Notes under the pieces: generated by a model
Told to the model about the DNA's origin: nothing
Database searches by the model: none
What the model saw: only the letters and a program-made list of their open reading frames with translations
From: Eledone cirrhosa
Taxonomy: Eukaryota
Length of the DNA stretch: 64,000 bases
NCBI GenBank assembly: GCA_964016885.1
Contig: OZ024746.1
Coordinates: 1 to 64,000 of the forward strand
Direction: 5' to 3'
Program-made: the position numbers and the translations under genes
In this document: one piece after another, positions 60,354 to 64,000 of the stretch
How positions within the stretch are numbered: the first letter of the stretch is position 1
How the letters are laid out: each line of letters begins with the position of its first letter

Positions 60354-63153
60354 ATATATATATATCATCATCAGCGTTCAACGTCTATTTTAAACACTAG
60401 CATAGGTTAGATGGGTTTGTCCTATTTGAGGCAAGTTGGGTGACAGAGTCTCACTTATATAGGACTGTTTCTGGCTGGTTTATATATATAGCAACTGACA
60501 ATATGGGAAAATATAATTTCTATTCAAATGTTTTGCAATCAGAATGCTACATGTTGCTAAGATCTCATCTCTGGCACAGATATCATCATCCTCATCATCT
60601 TCGTTTAACGTCCATCTTCCACGCTAGCATGGGTTAGACAGGAGTTGTCCCACTTGAGGCAAGATTGGTCGGGTGACCGTGCCTTGCTCATATAGGACTA
60701 TCTGGCAGGTTTTCTACAGCTGGATACCCTGCCTAACACCAACCACATTTACAGTGTGGAACAGAACTTTTTACCATGTTACCTACACGGCCACATTACA
60801 GCGTGGACTGTGTGTTTTTTTGTCATGACACCTACACGATCTCGATCTCATTATCTCATTTATTTGAACTAGATGTTGTGGTACCAACTTTACAGAGAGA
60901 GGGTGGTGTTGGTGGGAGGATAGGGTAGGGGTAGTGGGAGGATGGGGTAGGGGTAGTGGATTGAGGTGTATATTTGGTTCTGGTAGAAAATAGGAAGAAG
61001 TCAAGGTATTATTGGTATCATGATAAAATATCTTTGGAAGAGAGGGGGGAGGGAGAGAGAGAAAAGAGAAACCAGTCAAACATGGATTTTAAAACTATAT
61101 TTATAGAAGAGCTAATCTGACAGTCAAAATTCCAACAAATAAATAATTGTTTTTAACATAGGCAGAAGGTCAGAAACGATGGTGGAGGGTTTAGTCAAAT
61201 CAATCCCACTACTTGATAGCTACTTTATTTTATTGACCCCCAAGAAGATGAGAAGCAAAGTTAACATCAGCAGGATTTGGACTCAGAATGTAAAATACCG
61301 TAAGATATTTTGATGGAGGGATCAACCAATTAAATTAACCAAAGTATATAACTGGTACTTTATTTTATTGACCCAATAAGGATGACAAGATAAGTTGACC
61401 TCAGCAAAATTTGAAATCATATTGCAAAGAACCAGAACAAATATTGCAAGGTATTTCTCCCAGAATTCTGTCAATCAAAAAATGAAATAATCTACACACA
61501 CACACATATACACACAATCACATGTATACATACACACACACACATTATATATACTCGTGTATAAGTCACACTTTTTTTTTCAACGTAAGGAGGTGGCAAT
61601 GTCAAAACTGACATGTGACTTACCTATGGGATTTACAAAACTTTGTGAGTCAGGTACTGAACCAAGAACGCTGTATGTAAAATACAGGTGATTTATGTTA
61701 TATAATTTCAGTTCCTAAAAACTGGATGAAAAGTTAATACACAAAGAAATTATGTATTAAATGTAGTTTGCTTGAATCATTGTGGAAAATGTAGAAAATT
61801 GTTTGGTTTTTTTAGATTACAACAATACAGATTCAAAAATGGTAACATAAGAACACCACAAGTTATCCTGCTCTTAGTTTCCTTAACCATTTTTTTCTTT
61901 TTGACAAAGGTGATTTTATCACAAAATATTGTAGACTAATTAAATGCTTCAAAGTAACATTCTAACAAATTTATTATTTTTAATATTTTATGTTTTATTT
62001 GCATTGCTGTAGCCCTAAGACAAAAATATATTAATATTGTTTTTACTGTTTAATGAAGTAGGTTAGGACAATGCCCACCACCCTTTCCGAGCCTCCATGA
62101 CTTGTTGAAGAGAAGAAAGGATGGAGGTGTCCTCAAATGAGGGACTTATTTTCAACAAAGTGGCTTTGCTAAAGGTACCCAATGTTCAGGGAGTGATGTT
62201 AATCCAAGTAGGCTACAGAAGTATTTGAACTCAGAATGCAGAAAGTGAGAACAAATCTTACAAGGCATCTCCCTCAATCATCATCAGGTTTAGTGTCCGT
62301 GTTCCACGCTTGCATGGGTTTGGACGGGGGTTTTCCCACTTGAGGCAATGTTCTAACAATTCCACTAATCCATTGCCCTACTGATAATTTATTTTATCAA
62401 CCATAAAACAATGAAAGGCAAAATTGACTTTGGCAGGATTTGAACTTACTGCCTATAATTTCCAAATAGTTTTGAAAATTAATCAAGAATTTGAAAGGAT
62501 CTAGTAATATAACTAACTTTCATCAAGCTGGTGTTTGGAACATAACAAAAGTTCTTACATAAAATTGTGATGGATGATTTTTAGATGAATAAATCATCAT
62601 TTGTTTTTCCATGTTTGCACATAAATATAAGCAGTTCAAAATAAAGTATATTATTGTAGAACCATGGTTTGTTTCAGACAGTTTAGTATCAAATAGTTAA
62701 AATTTAAAAACTTGATAGAATTCTCTGAGCGATGAGAGTGAAAGAGGGAGGGTGTGTGTCTTTTTTAATCATTACAAACCTTTCATTTTTCAATTATAGT
62801 GACATTTTCATTTAAAAAAATGTATTCATATATTTTGATTAGTCAGATTTTCAGTAAGCTTACAAAGTAATCAGTTTTAAATATAGATATTTTTTTTCTT
62901 TATTCAATGTAGTCGTTAAAAAAAGAAGATATTTTAATAGTACATCATTGAAATGAAGAAAACTATAAAAAATATAGCCATTAAGATATGACAGCCTTTA
63001 GATTACATTCTGATTTAACGATTTGTAAATAAGATACTGTAATGAAATAACTAAATAACTGTTGTAGATTACAAACTAAAAGTGATGTAAAGATTGTCCA
63101 CTACTATCTGTAAATCTTGTTCAGATATAAAGTTTTTGTCCAGCTAATAAAAT

Positions 63154-63335
63154 GAAAGAGTCGGGAACCCCCACCCGCCGAATGACGGCTGAGTTCCTAC
63201 CTTTTAACAGCTACTTCTGAACTGTTTGGATCTAGCGGTTAAAACAGCAGGAACTCAGCCCTCGGGGTCCCAACTCTTTCATATTACCACACTCTACTAC
63301 GCCAAGTATTGAGTACTTTGGTGAGTAATGGTCTC
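63154..63335. other. Second member of the long-hairpin element family
   Basis: GAAAGAGTCGGGA..GACGGCTGAGTTCCT...AGGAACTCAGCC..TCCCAACTCTTTC, then GTATTGAGTACT. Confidence 0.7.
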
Positions 63336-63368
63336 ACAGGTTTTTACTGCAACGATTCTGATATATAT

Positions 63369-64000
63369 ATCATCATCATTTTACGTCTGCTTTTCCCTGC
63401 TTGCAAGGGTGGGACAGCTCCTATTCAGCACAGTATCTCTCCACTTGTCACGGTCCTTCATCTCCTCCGTGAGCTTCAGCGATCTGAGGTCTATTCCCAC
63501 CACCTCTGCCCATGTTTTTCGTGGTCTTCCTTCTACTGAGATTTCTTGGCACTTCTTTACCCAGTGGTCATCCTCCATGTGCCTCACATGTCCATACCAT
63601 CGCAGTCTTCTCTCCCGGACACTACAACTTATCCCTCTTATACCCAGTTTCCCTCTCAACTCATCTACGCTTGGTCATTCACGCACATTGACATTGCACA
63701 TCCAACAGAGCATGCTTGCTTCATTTCTCTCCAGCCGTCGCATAAACTCCGTAGTTGCTGCCCATGTCTCACTACCATGCAGCATCGCGCATCTCACACA
63801 AGCATCATATAACCAGCCTTCATTCGCAGGGAGGAACCCTTCTTTGTCAACAGAGGAAGCAGCTCCCTAAACTTCTAACCCGTCATTCTAGATACTATGG
63901 CCTCGGAGCAACCCCCTCCTTTGCTAATCTGATCACCTAGGTATTGGAAGCTATCAACCACTTCTATAGATCCTAACTGCATTTGAAAAATGTGTCTATC
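63369..64000 (-). mobile_element. RTE family B 3' fragment running off the window
   Basis: [24 protein letters not shown]...; tail at about 63369-63410. Confidence 0.9.

Noticed and set aside
61624-61670. Minus-strand 47-nt segment with tacAG acceptor and AG|GTAAGT donor
   Set aside because: The only open frame (VLGSVPDSQSFVNPI) does not resemble the missing PITP N-terminus. It could be a UTR exon but this cannot be supported without RNA data.

Overview
AT-rich animal genomic DNA, not prokaryotic. The repeat complement (RTE LINEs with (GAT)n tails, partner tRNA-SINEs, kb-long (TA)n/(TATAC)n arrays) suggests a cephalopod such as Octopus; this is an inference. The only host gene I can support is a class I phosphatidylinositol transfer protein (PITP alpha/beta-like) on the minus strand. 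Five internal coding exons were read by hand, all with GT-AG boundaries and matching phases: 43633-43820, 8734-8833, 6780-6857, 3224-3307 and 512-589. The N- and C-terminal exons were not found in the window. The rest is intron filled with RTE, CR1-group, Tx1-like and Penelope-like retroelement pieces, Tc1 and hAT DNA transposons, SINEs and satellites. The long YI/HT-rich ORFs are microsatellite artefacts. Most interesting signals: (1) at least six minimal type I hammerhead-ribozyme motifs from about four sequence families in one 35-kb intron, including a pair at the outer ends of a 1.45-kb fold-back palindrome and a direct pair 1977 nt apart with structure-preserving sequence change; (2) the 100-nt PITP exon sits in the loop of a recent ~1.1-kb inverted duplication and has its own 3' end plus splice donor amplified into a 7-copy array; (3) a twin-primed LINE, a repeated structure-conserved hairpin element, and uniform strand polarity of the giant microsatellites.
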